From Fibrobacter succinogenes subsp. succinogenes S85 (GTDB taxonomy: Bacteria > Fibrobacterota > Fibrobacteria > Fibrobacterales > Fibrobacteraceae): a stretch of 32,000 bases of DNA. The stretch covers positions 2,790,001-2,822,000 of the forward strand of contig NC_017448.1 of NCBI RefSeq assembly GCF_000146505.1, given 5' to 3'. Positions 31,125 to 32,000 of the stretch are shown piece after piece. Position 1 is the first letter of the stretch, and each line of letters starts with the position of its first letter. A program made the position numbers and the translations under genes. Below the pieces are notes generated by a model, which worked only from the letters and a program-made list of their open reading frames with translations, was not told where the DNA came from and did not search any database.

Positions 31125-31715
31125 ATGGACGATTTTTTAGACGAAGATCTTAGCGAATTCTCGCTGCAAGAAGTTGAAGGCGAAAGCGTCGTATTGCGAC
31201 CGCTTGGCGAAGCGGACGTGCAACCGCTGTTTGCGCTGATCGAAGAATCTCGCGAGTTCTTGTCGGAGCACTTGCCGTGGCCCGCCGAGGAATGTCGTTC
31301 TCCCGAAGATGTTTCTGCGAAAATTGATGCTTGGGACATGCAGGCGCAGATGTCAAATGGCGCTTGCTGGGGCATTTTCGAGAAGGGCGCAAACGCAGAT
31401 TTAAAAATCGCGGGCTGCATCATGCTTGGCTGGGTGCAGTGGAAAAATCGCTCGGCGACCGTAAGCTATTGGCTTGGTCAAAAATTTTGCGGTCGCGGTC
31501 TCGCAACTGAAGCGCTTTTGCTTGTGGCGGGCGAATCTTTTGCGATGGGGCTGAACCGTCTTGAACTTACATCTTCGGTCAATAATCCTAAGAGTGCCGC
31601 AGTCGCTCGCCGTGCCGGATTCCAGGAAGAAGGTATCTGCCGCGAGTACGAATGCCTCCATGGGCATTTTGAGGACCATATCCGCTTTTCACTTCTTGCA
31701 AAAGATTTTTGCTGA
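31125..31715 (+). CDS. GNAT-family N-acetyltransferase (RimJ/RimL-like)
   Basis: VVLRPLGEADVQPLFALIEESREFLSEHLPW...VSYWLGQKFCGRGLATEA...NPKSAAVARRAGFQEEG. Start at ATG 31125; the ORF-track start 30972 runs through the tRNA. Confidence 0.85.
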   Translation: MDDFLDEDLSEFSLQEVEGESVVLRPLGEADVQPLFALIEESREFLSEHLPWPAEECRSPEDVSAKIDAWDMQAQMSNGACWGIFEKGANADLKIAGCIMLGWVQWKNRSATVSYWLGQKFCGRGLATEALLLVAGESFAMGLNRLELTSSVNNPKSAAVARRAGFQEEGICREYECLHGHFEDHIRFSLLAKDFC

Positions 31716-31844
31716 ACGTTGCTATAGTCCAAGACTATCGCTCCTTTTGTCTCAAGTCTAGCGATGGGGCGTTGCGGGGTGTCCCCGCTCGAAGGGGTGA
31801 TGGAAGACCCGGCGAGCCGGGGCTGCAATCAGGGGGAGTCTTCC

Positions 31845-31893
31845 CCCCACTTCCTACCGCCTACTTCCTACTGTCTACTTTGGTTACCTCAGT
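31845..31893. repeat. Heptanucleotide-phased array (NNNNACT register), inverted copy of 4267-4305
   Basis: ccccACT tcctACC gcctACT tcctACT gtctACT ttggtta cctcAGT. The reverse complement of 31845-31878 matches 4267-4305 at 33 of 34 aligned positions, apart from one missing TAGGAAG-type unit. Confidence 0.8.
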
Positions 31894-32000
31894 AAACGAT
31901 AAAAGCTTTTTATCCTTTGCTTTTGTGCCTGAACACTTCTATTTTTTAGAATATGGAAACAGGAGAAAATCGCATAGTTGAACCTGATGTTCTGCAATAC

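Noticed and set aside
31709-31981. 90-aa ORF covering the GC-rich structured segment and heptad array.
   Set aside because: The translation is G/P/R-rich with no start context. The region is better explained as structured non-coding sequence plus repeat modules.
31953-32000. Possible start of a plus-strand gene (METGENRIVEPDVLQY...) running off the window.
   Set aside because: Only 16 codons are visible, which is too short to support as a feature. It is noted only because the heptad array sits upstream of it.

Overview
The window reads as a core-chromosome segment of a Fibrobacter-like bacterium. That assignment is an inference from one lipoprotein carrying two FISUMP (Fibrobacter succinogenes major paralogous, TIGR02145-type) domains; no database search was possible. 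I support about 31 protein genes and 4 tRNAs.

Gene content, in order:
- mreC (5'-truncated), mreD, mrdA and rodA
- a ComF-family gene
- tRNA-Ser(UGA)
- a GAF/HD-GYP protein
- tRNA-Phe
- a multidomain CotH lipoprotein
- ubiE/menG, ubiX, a UbiA-family prenyltransferase and a small membrane ORF
- a 1254-aa FISUMP lipoprotein
- birA
- a small secreted protein
- ybbR-like and tsaD
- ftsX, an envC-like gene, holB, recJ and a membrane protein
- a 141-aa hypothetical
- tRNA-Leu(UAA)
- two prepilin-type genes
- a MORN-variant lipoprotein
- two 2-TM proteins and a secreted alpha/beta hydrolase
- tRNA-Leu(CAG)
- a RimJ/RimL-like GNAT

I see no CRISPR array, IS element, integrase or recognisable defence island.

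The signal least explained by ordinary annotation is in the intergenic spacers. Several are built from heptanucleotide-phased arrays rich in stop-codon words (TAGNNNN, or NNNNACT on the other strand). These arrays are assembled from a small set of reusable modules that recur in both orientations at 4258-4470, 11003-11128, 17104-17213, 17783-17816, 27271-27370 and 31845-31893. They also carry small 5-bp-stem, triloop hairpins whose stems differ between copies by compensatory changes.

The second point of interest is the FISUMP lipoprotein itself. Its two FISUMP domains bracket about 22 tandem two-cysteine repeats, with recent DNA-level duplication inside the array.

All calls rest on reading motifs by eye. 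Start codons, domain names and the taxonomic guess need computational confirmation.
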